Origin: a virus
Lineage: Duplodnaviria; Caudoviricetes
IMG/VR virus record: IMGVR_UViG_3300020388_000009
Length of the DNA: 64,000 nucleotides
Strand: one strand, 5' to 3'
The notes under the pieces were generated by a model that saw only the letters and a program-made list of their open reading frames with translations, did not search any database and was not told where the DNA came from. This document shows, in pieces, positions 1 to 10,818 of the stretch; position 1 is the stretch's first letter; each line of letters begins with the position of its first letter. Made by a program: the position numbers and the translations under genes.

Positions 1-683
1 ATTACTTCTACATAATCAGGTGCATAGCCCCAATCGCGTTTAGCTTCTAAATTACCTAATGTAATATGATCTACCAATCCTAATTTAATGCGCGCCACAC
101 CATCAGAAATTTTTCTGGTTACAAATTCAATACCTCTACGTTCAGATTCATGATTAAATAAAATACCCGAGCATGCAAACATGTTATATGATTCTCTGTA
201 ATTTTTAGTTATCCAATGGCCATATAATTTAGCTACACCGTATGGACTCCTAGGATAGAATGGCGTTGATTCTTTAGCTGGATTTTCTACCATACGACCA
301 AACATTTCTGATGAACTTGCTTGGTAAAATCTAATCTTAGGATTGTATTCACGTATTGCTTCTAATATTCGCAGTACACCTATCCCTGTTACTTCGCTAG
401 TATGTTCTGGTGTATTCCAACTTTCGCCTACAAATGATTGAGCTGCTAAATTATATACTTCATCGGGATCACATTCTTTTAAACATCTTAACAATGAATT
501 CTGGTCTGTCAAATCACCATTTAATATTGTTATATCATCTTTCAAATGTTTAGTATTCACATCATTTACATTTGATGAACGACGTTCCATTCCGTATACT
601 TTATATCCTTTAGTTAATAATAAATCTGCTAGATGGCTTCCATCCATTCCATTAATACCTGTTATAAATGCTGTTTTTGTCAT
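1..683 (-). CDS. gmd: GDP-mannose 4,6-dehydratase (partial, runs off left edge; absent from ORF track)
   Basis: Manual translation from ATG at 683: [37 protein letters not shown]...[13 protein letters not shown]...[11 protein letters not shown]...[14 protein letters not shown]...GILFNHES, the hallmark GMD/SDR motifs. ATGA overlap with upstream stop. Confidence 0.95.
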   Translation of the reverse strand, partial: MTKTAFITGINGMDGSHLADLLLTKGYKVYGMERRSSNVNDVNTKHLKDDITILNGDLTDQNSLLRCLKECDPDEVYNLAAQSFVGESWNTPEHTSEVTGIGVLRILEAIREYNPKIRFYQASSSEMFGRMVENPAKESTPFYPRSPYGVAKLYGHWITKNYRESYNMFACSGILFNHESERRGIEFVTRKISDGVARIKLGLVDHITLGNLEAKRDWGYAPDYVEV

Positions 684-1663
684 ATTGTATAGTCCTTATA
701 TTCGTAAAATTTACCTTTATTTTGTATTAAACATGATATGTTATGTTGTGATAATTGTTTAAACTTTTTAAAATTATTATTTTTGTCTGGTGTGAATGAA
801 TGCGGATTGGTTTCATTTGCTATATATAATCTTTTCCTAGGATGGCGCCTCGCATGAACATGTAATATATTTTTACAAATAAATTGCTTGAATTGATCAC
901 CGAGTAATTTTTGCGCCATGATAGCCAAACCTTCATCATCATTATATATTAAACATGGCGGAATATTAATTCCTGACTTGATTAAATCAGCTGATAATAC
1001 TAAACATGCTCCGCTAATTTTTGGATATGGTATATAGCTAATCTCAAATGATGATTTAGCTTCAGAATTAATTTTATTCATCTTTTCTATAGACATTACC
1101 GACTTTGCTTGATTTGGGTTTAAATGACTATCAGGTCCATCTTTAAACTCATGATCTATAAATTTAGGATGTACTAACGGATCCCAAGAATTATCCCACA
1201 TCTTACGATCTGCAAAGCTTAAAATATATCGATGTATATTCTGCGTATCTGTATAATTAGCTAATGTTTCAATTACTTCAAATGCTTCTTTTGGAAATAA
1301 GCTATCTGTTTCTCCCCACATCACATAATCTACATGTTTACAGTAATTGTAATTTAAATCACGACGATAATCAGCATGGTAATAAACTCCATCTATAGTA
1401 TCATGATATTTAATATTCGTATTGTATTTATGTAATCGAGCTACTTGTGTTTTAAACTTTGAAATTAATTCTGATTTAGATATTTGTTCTACATCAATTT
1501 TTTCTATATGTTCAGATGTATTAAAACAAATATCAAGAATAACATTTTCATGATTATCAACGTCGGACATTAGATTTAAAATACCATCCACATATGTTTT
1601 GAAAATTTCAATTTCAAAATACATGACATGTACTCCAATTACATATTGTTTATTCAACTGCAT
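680..1663 (-). CDS. Putative GT-A-fold glycosyltransferase
   Basis: WGETD (DxD-like) after an N-terminal beta strand, late HVH, glyco-island context. Start MQLNK at 1663 preferred over 1675. Confidence 0.5.
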   Translation of the reverse strand: MQLNKQYVIGVHVMYFEIEIFKTYVDGILNLMSDVDNHENVILDICFNTSEHIEKIDVEQISKSELISKFKTQVARLHKYNTNIKYHDTIDGVYYHADYRRDLNYNYCKHVDYVMWGETDSLFPKEAFEVIETLANYTDTQNIHRYILSFADRKMWDNSWDPLVHPKFIDHEFKDGPDSHLNPNQAKSVMSIEKMNKINSEAKSSFEISYIPYPKISGACLVLSADLIKSGINIPPCLIYNDDEGLAIMAQKLLGDQFKQFICKNILHVHARRHPRKRLYIANETNPHSFTPDKNNNFKKFKQLSQHNISCLIQNKGKFYEYKDYTI

Positions 1664-2397
1664 AATGCTCTCCATGTTTTTTCCATAAAATAATCTCTTT
1701 TTTCGTCCGGCATGCCGTTAAATTGGTAAATACCTTTGAAACACTTAGCAAATGTCAAATCATCGTCTAATATTTCAAATCGTGGCAAATCTACTGCACA
1801 AAATTCATACGGCAGATATGTTAACGACTCATCTGAAGCATGAGTGAGATGATTAATAATTGGCTGATCTGTTCCTACTCCATATGTTGTCTGCATATAT
1901 TGTATTTGGTCTTTATGTTCCAAATAAAAATCTAAATATCCTTTCCATATATGTTTTTGATTTTTATTAGTTATCTGAAATCCTCCACAGAAGTATTTGA
2001 AAATATCAAATGTCTTTCCATTAAACATATGTGTTGAATAATTTTCCATACTACGGCAAATCCAGTCCATGCTCCCGAAAGCTCTTGCAACTGTATATTT
2101 ATCATCAGTCATATCAAAGAAATTTGGTGTATCCGGATGAATTATACAATCAGCATCTGTTATTAATACTTGATCATATTCAATGCCACTATGATCTAAA
2201 ATATCCATAGCATAATACCGTTGCCATGTTATTTTCATTTCATCTGAAGAACATGCTAACTTATCCATGACAACCAACTCGGCATTATTTTTTTTACACC
2301 ATTGTTTCCAACTATCAATGCCATAACGATAACATTGACTTCTAGTTTCTTCGCCCGGAATTGTTACCGCGGCCATAAATACTACATTTTTACTCAT
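1654..2397 (-). CDS. Putative nucleotide-diphospho-sugar transferase (GT8/GT34-like)
   Basis: ITDAD DxD motif, YFCGGF, TDQPIIN; paralogous to 2390..3175. Confidence 0.65.
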   Translation of the reverse strand: MSKNVVFMAAVTIPGEETRSQCYRYGIDSWKQWCKKNNAELVVMDKLACSSDEMKITWQRYYAMDILDHSGIEYDQVLITDADCIIHPDTPNFFDMTDDKYTVARAFGSMDWICRSMENYSTHMFNGKTFDIFKYFCGGFQITNKNQKHIWKGYLDFYLEHKDQIQYMQTTYGVGTDQPIINHLTHASDESLTYLPYEFCAVDLPRFEILDDDLTFAKCFKGIYQFNGMPDEKRDYFMEKTWRALCS

Positions 2398-3175
2398 AAT
2401 TATGTTTTATTAAATCCCATGTCTGTTTCATTAAGGGATATCGTTGAGTTCTATCAAATCCACTAAATTTCCAAATATATCCATACTTTATAAAAAATGG
2501 AGTGGTATTAGTTTTCAATTGCCAGTTATACGAAAACCAATCAAATCGGTTTAAATGATTTAACATAAAAGCCGGAGATAATCCTAAATGAATATCAATA
2601 TCATGGATTTGTAATAAAAAGTTATATATTGGTTGATCAGTACCTCTTTTAATCGTATCCTGACATTCCATTATTGTATTAAAATTATCATCATGGTATT
2701 TTTCTAATATATCTAGGAAAGGTTTATGTGATTTATCAAATACTTGGAATCCGCAATCTATATATTTAGTTATATCAAAATCAAAATTATCGAAAACAGT
2801 TTTATATCCTTGTACACACTCATAGACCCATTTTAAATTTTCTAATGACCTATATATAGTAACCTTATCATTAGGACATTCTTTAAAGAAGTTAGGCGCA
2901 TCCCATTTAATCATAGTACTACCATCTACTACACATATTTTATCAAAATTAATATTCGCAGTTTCTAGACAAGGAAATACATCAAACCAACGAGTCCAAG
3001 TAGTTCCATTTTTTTCACTGAGAGGGGTATTATATTCGTAAAATATAATATCATTTTTCTTGCACCAATATTCCCAACATTTTTTCGAATATTGGAAATA
3101 TTCAAAACCTCCATGTTTTTTATTAAGCAAGGCATTGGAACTTTTAACTCCGACCCAAAATAATACATTTTTCAT
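2390..3175 (-). CDS. Putative nucleotide-diphospho-sugar transferase (paralogue of 1654..2397)
   Basis: WCKKN, W-x-R-W/Y, VVDGS, YIDCGF, TDQPIYN and LMKQTW match equivalent segments of the neighbour. Confidence 0.6.
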   Translation of the reverse strand: MKNVLFWVGVKSSNALLNKKHGGFEYFQYSKKCWEYWCKKNDIIFYEYNTPLSEKNGTTWTRWFDVFPCLETANINFDKICVVDGSTMIKWDAPNFFKECPNDKVTIYRSLENLKWVYECVQGYKTVFDNFDFDITKYIDCGFQVFDKSHKPFLDILEKYHDDNFNTIMECQDTIKRGTDQPIYNFLLQIHDIDIHLGLSPAFMLNHLNRFDWFSYNWQLKTNTTPFFIKYGYIWKFSGFDRTQRYPLMKQTWDLIKHNYE

Positions 3176-3178
3176 ATT

Positions 3179-4036
3179 CTACCTTCCTAAATATTTTGTT
3201 ACTACCTTGACCCAATTATAATAATAATCATCAGCTCTAACTGCTCCGCGGCCACCATGATGTATAAATGGCTTACCATTAATAAATCCTTCATCGCCAT
3301 GGCTTATATTTAATGCATGTTGTGCTTTTAAAGATCGGTCTTCTGTGCTATTTTTACAAATATAAAATGGTTGGTTAGTTTCGCGTGCCCATAACGAGAT
3401 CAAACCATATGTATCTTTATAATGACAATTAGGATATAGATCACCCTCTTCTTTAAAATAGTTATTTTCTATAGTAGACCGTTCCATCAATCCAAATTGA
3501 GGTGTAAGTGCTTGATCTATATCATGTCTCCATCGATATGATACAAATACATTTTCTTTAAGCAATGGCAATAATTCATCTACCCATGTATTTAAAAATA
3601 CACAATCATGTTCAACATGACATATATATTTGCCATTACCTTGTTTAACTCCAATTGTCATACCTGTTGATTGTAACCAACTATTAAAGCCTAATTCTCT
3701 TCTATCATATTTTGAGTAGCCATCCCAACCATAATTATCAATAAAATATTGTTGAGAATATTTTCCATGCATACCATCTGTTCTTGCAGGAACTATAGAT
3801 CCATCATCGTCATTAACTTGATTAACTCCTTTTATAACTTTCACATGTGGTTCATCTTTAAACATGTCATGCAACTTTATTAGGTCAGGACTATCATCTG
3901 AGTTATTACCATTATTGACAACATAATATGTATAAGGATACTTAACATACTTTTTAATGCTCTCATGGATTAGCTTTACATAATCTAATCGTTTATAAGT
4001 AACGGTTACAAAATCTATACTATCAATCATTTTCAT
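3179..4036 (-). CDS. Glycosyltransferase family 2-like protein
   Basis: FVTVTYKRLDYVK...YYVVNNG...YICHVEHDCVF is the GT2 N-terminal pattern. Start at 4036 (MKMIDS) avoids a long overlap. Confidence 0.65.
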   Translation of the reverse strand: MKMIDSIDFVTVTYKRLDYVKLIHESIKKYVKYPYTYYVVNNGNNSDDSPDLIKLHDMFKDEPHVKVIKGVNQVNDDDGSIVPARTDGMHGKYSQQYFIDNYGWDGYSKYDRRELGFNSWLQSTGMTIGVKQGNGKYICHVEHDCVFLNTWVDELLPLLKENVFVSYRWRHDIDQALTPQFGLMERSTIENNYFKEEGDLYPNCHYKDTYGLISLWARETNQPFYICKNSTEDRSLKAQHALNISHGDEGFINGKPFIHHGGRGAVRADDYYYNWVKVVTKYLGR

Positions 4037-4637
4037 AAATTTTATCTCCCATGGGGTCAGATTGTTTCCATGTAGCAAATACATTTTCACCTTCCACTGG
4101 TATATCTGCTTTACGACCTTCTAAATTTAATGAAATAGGGATTTCCCACGTCTCTGCTTGAGAATAATCCCATATATCACCATGTGATACTCTCCTAGGC
4201 GTCCATGGATGTACTGCTGTCAATCCAACCTTTTCTAATAATTTAGTTAACGATCTTTTATCATAAATTAAATAATGACATTCATATTCATATGATTGGC
4301 CGCCCATGACTAGACCTAATATATTTTCTATACGTTTTCCACATTTCTGATACACCTCAATTGCCTTTTCAAAATCTGGCGTTGCTATACGTAACATACC
4401 TCCTGGTTTCAGAACTCGAACCCATTCCTTTAATACTTGTTCTATTTCATCACGCTTCACATGTTCTATTACGTGTGATGCATAAACTATATCAAATGTA
4501 TTATCTGGAAAATTTAATATATCTATTCCGGAAATATGGTCTACTCCAGGCATATCTCTTCCATCTAAATTCTCCCATGGAGATGGAAATATAGTACTAC
4601 CACATCCAATATTTAAATATCTCACTTCTTTTGTCAT
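4023..4637 (-). CDS. Class I SAM-dependent methyltransferase (Methyltransf_11-like)
   Basis: LNIGCG motif I, FDIVYASHVIEH, RVLKPGG. Confidence 0.9.
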   Translation of the reverse strand: MTKEVRYLNIGCGSTIFPSPWENLDGRDMPGVDHISGIDILNFPDNTFDIVYASHVIEHVKRDEIEQVLKEWVRVLKPGGMLRIATPDFEKAIEVYQKCGKRIENILGLVMGGQSYEYECHYLIYDKRSLTKLLEKVGLTAVHPWTPRRVSHGDIWDYSQAETWEIPISLNLEGRKADIPVEGENVFATWKQSDPMGDKIYEND

Positions 4638-5785
4638 TTAAAATCCTTAATTGTTTTAATAATATACGATACATCTTCATCACTTAATGATTGATGTAAT
4701 GGAATACATAATGTATGATTAGCCGCATATTCTGTACCTGGTAGTTTATTACCAGATGTCTGAAAATATTTTACCCAATGCAATGGATAATATCTAAATG
4801 TAGTATATATACCATTTTTTCGTAAATATTTAGCTAATCTATCTCTATGTTCTGTCTGTATATGATACATATAATATGAACTGGTTACACTACGTGGCAA
4901 ATTATTTGGCACATCTAACCAATCTATATCTTTAAACATTTCTGTATATATATCATGTATTAATTTACGACGGTCTAATTGCGAATCAATTTTTTTTAAT
5001 TGTTCAATGCCTATCGCTGCTTGTATATCATTTGTAATACATCTTCTTCCTGGCACTGATATATCATATTCCCACCATTTCTGATCTACACTGTTAGAAA
5101 ATCCACTATTTGTTTTTAAACCTAAATATGTGGCATGTGTCAATCGTTGTATATCTTTTTTATCATTACAATAAATCATACCGCCATCACCCATTACTAA
5201 TTGTTTCATAGAATCAAATGACCATAAACCAATATCACCAAATGTACCAGTTGATTTACCGTAAACTTTACTAAATGGGCTATTAGCATTATCCTCTATT
5301 AATTTGATATTACGTTGACTACAAAGGTTTGTTATACGTTCGATATCACATGGTACGCCGGCGAAATGTAACACTATAACAGCTTTTGTTTTATCAGTAA
5401 TTTTACTTTCGATATGATCAAGCTCTACATTCAATGTCCTAGAGTTTACATCACAAAATACCGGCGTTGCATTTTTTGCAACAATTGCATTAGCTGCTCC
5501 TATAAAACTAACAGATGGTAATATTACTTCATCACCTTCATTTACATATAAGTCTATTGATTGGAATAATCCTTCTGTGCAACTTGATATTGTTAACAAA
5601 TTCTCTGGCGATGCAGGTGTACATGCAACGCCATGATAACAATTAGTTATTAATTTTCTGGCAAAGTCTTCTTTAAACTGATCTGTTTTAGGGCCTTTGC
5701 CTAACCAATTTGAATCAAATACTTCTTTTATCGCATTTAATTCTTCATTGCCTAAAGATGGTTGATATATATTAATTGGTTTCAT
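4634..5785 (-). CDS. DegT/DnrJ/EryC1/StrS PLP-dependent sugar aminotransferase
   Basis: SSCTEGL, GDEVILPSVSF, IEDNA, WSFDSMKQLVMGDGG (PLP lysine), LCIPLH. Confidence 0.93.
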   Translation of the reverse strand: MKPINIYQPSLGNEELNAIKEVFDSNWLGKGPKTDQFKEDFARKLITNCYHGVACTPASPENLLTISSCTEGLFQSIDLYVNEGDEVILPSVSFIGAANAIVAKNATPVFCDVNSRTLNVELDHIESKITDKTKAVIVLHFAGVPCDIERITNLCSQRNIKLIEDNANSPFSKVYGKSTGTFGDIGLWSFDSMKQLVMGDGGMIYCNDKKDIQRLTHATYLGLKTNSGFSNSVDQKWWEYDISVPGRRCITNDIQAAIGIEQLKKIDSQLDRRKLIHDIYTEMFKDIDWLDVPNNLPRSVTSSYYMYHIQTEHRDRLAKYLRKNGIYTTFRYYPLHWVKYFQTSGNKLPGTEYAANHTLCIPLHQSLSDEDVSYIIKTIKDFK

Positions 5786-5794
5786 ATTATACTT

Positions 5795-5822
5795 AATATA
5801 ACAAATTATTTTTAATTATCAA
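5795..5822 (-). promoter_or_regulatory. Sigma70-like promoter TTGATA-N16-TATATT for the aminotransferase..gmd block
   Basis: Member of the repeated intergenic motif; -10 lies 9 nt from the ATG at 5785. Confidence 0.6.
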
Positions 5823-5824
5823 AA

Positions 5825-6049
5825 TTAATCTTCTGAAAAAACTTCTATACATAATACTTTCTCATCATTAATGAATAGCCACCGGCCATCTCTTAATTTA
5901 AATTTAGTAAACTGACCTTGTTTTATTGAATCAGATTGTATGCCAGTAAACGTACGTTTAGTGCCGTCTACAAAATGAATAATTTGTGTTACAAATGTTC
6001 CTACATCATTTACTGTGGATTGTAGATCTTTTATTTTATTTGGGCTCAT
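5825..6049 (-). CDS. Hypothetical protein (74 aa)
   Basis: Fills the gap; ATGA overlap with upstream gene. Confidence 0.65.
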   Translation of the reverse strand: MSPNKIKDLQSTVNDVGTFVTQIIHFVDGTKRTFTGIQSDSIKQGQFTKFKLRDGRWLFINDEKVLCIEVFSED

Positions 6050-6711
6050 ATTGTTTTATTGTTTTTTTGTTCAGATTGTAACCTGTTAATTATTTTATTA
6101 CACATCAATGATATCGTTTTATTATATTCATAATCTGGAGTACCATATAACACTTGGTCTATCATATCAGATAACGCGTCATTACTATTTTCTGTGTTAG
6201 TAAAATCTATGTCATTAATTTTATGTATTCTATTATCTGATACGTTGTATGTAAACTTTATATCTTCGTAAGGATATTTCCAATACGGCCATAGTAAATA
6301 TAAGTCGTGATATAGCAAATCATATAACGTGTTATCACTTATCTTATTCCATCTAACGGTTATAGGTTTAGTTAAATTCTTGATATGCTTTTTTTCTGTT
6401 CTATAATTAAATACATCATCTACATATAATTTAACGCCATATTCATCTGCTAAATCAAATAATTCTTTTGATTGTTCATATGTAAGAGTCAATGGCTTTT
6501 CACAGAATACATTTTTTCTATGCATGATACATTGCTTGACTATATCATAATGTGTATTATTAGGCGTGGCAACAAATGCCCAATCAATAGAATCTAATTT
6601 AGATATATACTCATCTTTACTAGTACATATAAATACTATATTACATATAGATTTTAATTTACGTTCAAGTATCTTACCCCAATATCCATGACCTAATAAA
6701 CCTACTCGCAT
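6046..6711 (-). CDS. Gfo/Idh/MocA-family NAD(P)-dependent oxidoreductase (short)
   Basis: VGLLGHGYWG Rossmann motif, VATPNNTH, NVFCEKPL. Confidence 0.88.
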   Translation of the reverse strand: MRVGLLGHGYWGKILERKLKSICNIVFICTSKDEYISKLDSIDWAFVATPNNTHYDIVKQCIMHRKNVFCEKPLTLTYEQSKELFDLADEYGVKLYVDDVFNYRTEKKHIKNLTKPITVRWNKISDNTLYDLLYHDLYLLWPYWKYPYEDIKFTYNVSDNRIHKINDIDFTNTENSNDALSDMIDQVLYGTPDYEYNKTISLMCNKIINRLQSEQKNNKTI

Positions 6712-7679
6712 ACCATCCTCTTTATCTCTTGTCCTAATTTATGACATGTTGAAACTTTACCAGATAATACATTTATGACTTTTGGATGTTCTTTATATGT
6801 AAATATTTCTGATAACCTTTCATCGTTATTATTTATTGGCAACGCTCTTTCTGTTCTCCAATAACCTAACCGTTCTACATTTTTTAGAAATGGTAAATAC
6901 TTTTCTGACTCTGAATAAATTGTATCAATATCTAATTTTCCATTTTTCATTAATGAATGTTTAACACTGTATAATAAAAATTCGTTTGGATTATTTCCTT
7001 TTGGCATTACACTACAAAATGGCCCATCCATGATAGTTACTCCAAATGGTTTTGATTTCATTTTAAAATATGGAATAACTACATCTTGTAATTTTAATTT
7101 TAATTCAGGTACTCCTAACAATTTATTAACTTTATTTATACTTGCATATGTCGTATTTATTAAATAATCACAATCATCTATATTACCATCAAATTTAGTA
7201 TTAAATTTTATATCAATATCTTTAACAAATTCTTTTACTAATGATTTTAAAATATCATAATCAAATATACATTCGTCCGTATTAATAGATAAATCAATTA
7301 AATTGTTATTAACTAATGAATTATCTGGTATATCATATGTATAATCTATTTGAACATTATTACAGAAGTTAATATATTGATCCCGAGATATATGACTATC
7401 ATTCTTAGCTATCATATAATAGTTTGGGAAATGAGATACTATAGCTTCTTTATAGTTAGTAAGGAATGATACTAATCCATCTAAACTTTGTTCAGCAGTT
7501 TCCTTACTTCTAGGATAGTGATATCCCAGATGGAGCCTATTATGATTACATTTTGAAGCTCGTTGCATAATATCCGAGTCTTGTTCGATTATTACTACAT
7601 TATGGCCGGCTCGTTGTAATTCATATCCGATAACACATCCAAATAATCCAGCTCCTATTATTTTTATTTTTTTACTCAT
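6702..7679 (-). CDS. FAD-dependent oxidoreductase (DAO-like)
   Basis: IIGAGLFG...VIIE, ASKCNHNRLHLGYHYPRS, SGKVST. Start MSKKIK at 7679. Confidence 0.85.
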   Translation of the reverse strand: MSKKIKIIGAGLFGCVIGYELQRAGHNVVIIEQDSDIMQRASKCNHNRLHLGYHYPRSKETAEQSLDGLVSFLTNYKEAIVSHFPNYYMIAKNDSHISRDQYINFCNNVQIDYTYDIPDNSLVNNNLIDLSINTDECIFDYDILKSLVKEFVKDIDIKFNTKFDGNIDDCDYLINTTYASINKVNKLLGVPELKLKLQDVVIPYFKMKSKPFGVTIMDGPFCSVMPKGNNPNEFLLYSVKHSLMKNGKLDIDTIYSESEKYLPFLKNVERLGYWRTERALPINNNDERLSEIFTYKEHPKVINVLSGKVSTCHKLGQEIKRMVCE

Positions 7680-8697
7680 TTGATATTGAATCCATATTAC
7701 TAAAAATATTGTACCAGTACATGCATAATTTATGATAATCATATTCTAATGTATATGTACTCCTCATATTATCATTAATATAAGAAAAATTATTATAATT
7801 TACTAATACTTTCTCTAATTGTTCAATTAAATTTGAACAATCGTAATTAAATGGAATATATGTCTCATTTTCCTTCCATACATTTGAACCAAAATCGAAT
7901 CGGGACATATCTTCTTTGCAAATGATAGTACCTAACTGCATAGCTTCTCCATCACCCTGACGTATTTCTCCCATACCAAAAGGTGAGATACATATTTTTG
8001 AATTATATAAAGTTTGTATATATTCATTAAATGGTAATTGTCCAGTAACTATACGATACTTATCTGATATTTTATCTAACTCTGTAAATATATCTTTTCT
8101 ATGTGATATATACATTTCATCATTACGTACTAAATGATCATAACTTACATCTCCATCTGCTCTAAAAATAGCACAAACGTCTATTGGTTTTTCTTTACTA
8201 GGCTCATATAAATTTCTATGACTTGGAACATTACTCATCATGTTCCATCCAGTCAGTTTAATTCGATCCCATTTATCAACTGGAATATCATATGATAAAT
8301 CTAAATCAGAGTTATTCCCAAAGTACCATTTATTAAATGCTTTAGGTATTTTATAATCATTTTTATTTCTATGTAGTTGATTTTTAAATAAGTATATAGC
8401 ATTGCTCTGATCAAATACTTCATATGCGCCCATTAGCGAATGAGAATCGGATCCATCAAATAAAAAGTAATCACCGGTAATTTTTGATAAGTTTTCTAAT
8501 CCTTTATCAATGCTATCTTGTAATGAAACTCGTTTATCAATAAAATCTGACATTCCGATAAATAAATAATCATAATCATCGGATTCGGTGATATCAATAC
8601 TATAATCACGTAACATGTCTTTAACAAATAATAACGGGCGAAATGTTGGTTCATTTCTACCTACAAATGGATTTTGAATCTTTATTTTAAGACTCAT
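7672..8697 (-). CDS. Putative GT-B glycosyltransferase (CgeB-like C-terminal domain)
   Basis: YIQTLYNSKICISPFGMGEIRQGDGEAMQLG...ETYIPF; paralogue of 8687..9703. Confidence 0.7.
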   Translation of the reverse strand: MSLKIKIQNPFVGRNEPTFRPLLFVKDMLRDYSIDITESDDYDYLFIGMSDFIDKRVSLQDSIDKGLENLSKITGDYFLFDGSDSHSLMGAYEVFDQSNAIYLFKNQLHRNKNDYKIPKAFNKWYFGNNSDLDLSYDIPVDKWDRIKLTGWNMMSNVPSHRNLYEPSKEKPIDVCAIFRADGDVSYDHLVRNDEMYISHRKDIFTELDKISDKYRIVTGQLPFNEYIQTLYNSKICISPFGMGEIRQGDGEAMQLGTIICKEDMSRFDFGSNVWKENETYIPFNYDCSNLIEQLEKVLVNYNNFSYINDNMRSTYTLEYDYHKLCMYWYNIFSNMDSISNE

Positions 8698-9703
8698 TTT
8701 CAACTCCATTTAAGTTCGCGAACATGTTATACCAATACATGCATACATTTTCATATGAGTACATCTCTACTAATTTTTTTCTAGCATTTTCTAAAATATG
8801 TAAATAATCGTTATAATTTCCTAATACCTTTTCAATTGTTTCATTTAAATCTGACCAATCAGGTTTTACTGGAATATACGTTTCCCATGGTTTATAAAAA
8901 TCTGGTTTTGTTATTACTTTACTCATATCTGGCTTTATTAATAATGAACCGTGTTGAATGATTTCTAAATCACGGTAACAAACTTCGCATTGACCATATG
9001 GTGATATTCCTATTTTAGATCGACTCATTATGTCAGTCGTTACCTGTGGATGTAACTTTTCAGCTACTATTTTATATTTATTTGATATTTTATTTAACTC
9101 ATTCCATGCACCTAATCTATGATTAGTATATAATGCACCACTCTCAACAGCGTCAAACTCCCATGCTTCACCTGGATGATAAGTTTGCCATACAGCGCAG
9201 ATATCTAAATCTTTTTCTTTGATAGGCCGCAACTGTTGCATTTGTGGCCAATTATGACATACCGTATATCCTAATAAATTAATACGGGCATATTCTTCAT
9301 CGGATATATCATAACCTTTATCTAATTTAGATCCATTTCCAAAAAACCATTTACCAGCCGCAGTCGGTTCTTTATAATCTTGTTGTGATAGCATAGATTT
9401 TTTAAGCAACGATATCGCATTCGATTCTTTAAGAACTTCATAGGCACCTACTATATCAGTCGCGCCGCCGCCATGGACTAGAAAATAATCTCCAGATTTA
9501 TTAGCTAATGCATTTATCCCTAACTCTATACTCTCTTCTAATGGTTTCCTTTTAAACATCCATTGATTCATATCAATTAATTCATAATCATAATCATTAG
9601 AATTAGTTAATTGTATACTGTATTGAGGTAACATGTTTTGTGCAATTAGTAATGCACCAAAACATTTAATGTTTTTTGGGTCTGATAATTTTACTTTAAT
9701 CAT
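8687..9703 (-). CDS. Putative GT-B glycosyltransferase (paralogue of 7672..8697)
   Basis: SKIGISPYGQCEVCYRDLEII...ETYIPVKPDWSDL; shares GDYFL, GAYEV and CMYWYN with the neighbour. Confidence 0.7.
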   Translation of the reverse strand: MIKVKLSDPKNIKCFGALLIAQNMLPQYSIQLTNSNDYDYELIDMNQWMFKRKPLEESIELGINALANKSGDYFLVHGGGATDIVGAYEVLKESNAISLLKKSMLSQQDYKEPTAAGKWFFGNGSKLDKGYDISDEEYARINLLGYTVCHNWPQMQQLRPIKEKDLDICAVWQTYHPGEAWEFDAVESGALYTNHRLGAWNELNKISNKYKIVAEKLHPQVTTDIMSRSKIGISPYGQCEVCYRDLEIIQHGSLLIKPDMSKVITKPDFYKPWETYIPVKPDWSDLNETIEKVLGNYNDYLHILENARKKLVEMYSYENVCMYWYNMFANLNGVENES

Positions 9704-9716
9704 TAACTATACTTTT

Positions 9717-10349
9717 TTATATTGTATCATAAAATTTATTCTGCTCTTCTTGCCTTCCTATATCCTTTGCATGGTATAACGCATATTTTTCCTCGGCTGG
9801 TAAGTTAGCAAATTTAGTATATCCTTTCAATTGTTCATGTACGGGCTTTATCCAATATATATGTTCTGAATTTTTATATAATCGCATTTGCCAGTCCGGA
9901 AAGTTTACCCAATTGTTCTCATCTACGCGCCAGCCCCATTTTTGTATATGAGAATCTGTGATGCCTGCTACTGTATTCACTCTTGGTATCCAATAAGCCT
10001 CTGTATCTGGATTAGCTTCTAAAATAAATGGGAGTGCTTCAATGAGGTATTCGTTTGGTAGTTCATCTGCATCAATTTGAAATATCCAATCTCCTTTACA
10101 ATTTGAATTCAATTTATTTTTATATTGAGCAAAGTTTTTATTTAATGCATATGAATAATGATGATAACCGGCGTATTGAACCTTGCTTTCATGACTTTCT
10201 AATACATCATAAACTTCTACTGTAGTTTTACCGTTATCTGTCTGTACTACAATTTCATCCTGTTCTCGTTTATGTTTTATCAGAAATTGTAATAATTTAT
10301 CTAACTCTTTATGTTCATTCCAAGCAGTAATTGCATAACTAATCTTCAT
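9717..10349 (-). CDS. Glycosyltransferase family 2
   Basis: ISYAITAWNE, GDWIFQIDADE, VHEQL. Confidence 0.88.
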   Translation of the reverse strand: MKISYAITAWNEHKELDKLLQFLIKHKREQDEIVVQTDNGKTTVEVYDVLESHESKVQYAGYHHYSYALNKNFAQYKNKLNSNCKGDWIFQIDADELPNEYLIEALPFILEANPDTEAYWIPRVNTVAGITDSHIQKWGWRVDENNWVNFPDWQMRLYKNSEHIYWIKPVHEQLKGYTKFANLPAEEKYALYHAKDIGRQEEQNKFYDTI

Positions 10350-10818
10350 TATTTACCTCCAATACTATCGAATACAGTTCATCTAATGCGGCTTTAAAGT
10401 TATACTTGCCATATGTCTTAGCATTATCAACATCTAGCCTTGAAGGAAAATATTCACCAGGTTTATTTGGTATTGGATATTTTAATTGTTCTTCTTCATT
10501 CATGTCAATAACAGATGCTATTTTCCATACAAGTTCATTATCCTTAGGCTCGCAGTATATCATACCACCGGGTAAATTTATAAAAGTAGGATACCATACA
10601 CATCCCAATTCTATATCAACATGTTTCATTTCACTCATATACTCGGTAATAGTTGATTCAAATTTTGTAATATGATCAGAATTAATTTTTAGATAATCAT
10701 TAGTTGTATATCCAGATTCCATGCATATACGCGATTCAATATTTGTATTTTCATCAGCCTCTATTAATACACATTTATTACCTGTGATAGGTGATATTTC
10801 ATCGTAATTTAAATTCAT
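10339..10818 (-). CDS. Hypothetical protein (159 aa)
   Basis: Coupled ORF between glycosyltransferases; SPITG...CMESGY; no function recognised. Confidence 0.7.
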   Translation of the reverse strand: MNLNYDEISPITGNKCVLIEADENTNIESRICMESGYTTNDYLKINSDHITKFESTITEYMSEMKHVDIELGCVWYPTFINLPGGMIYCEPKDNELVWKIASVIDMNEEEQLKYPIPNKPGEYFPSRLDVDNAKTYGKYNFKAALDELYSIVLEVNNED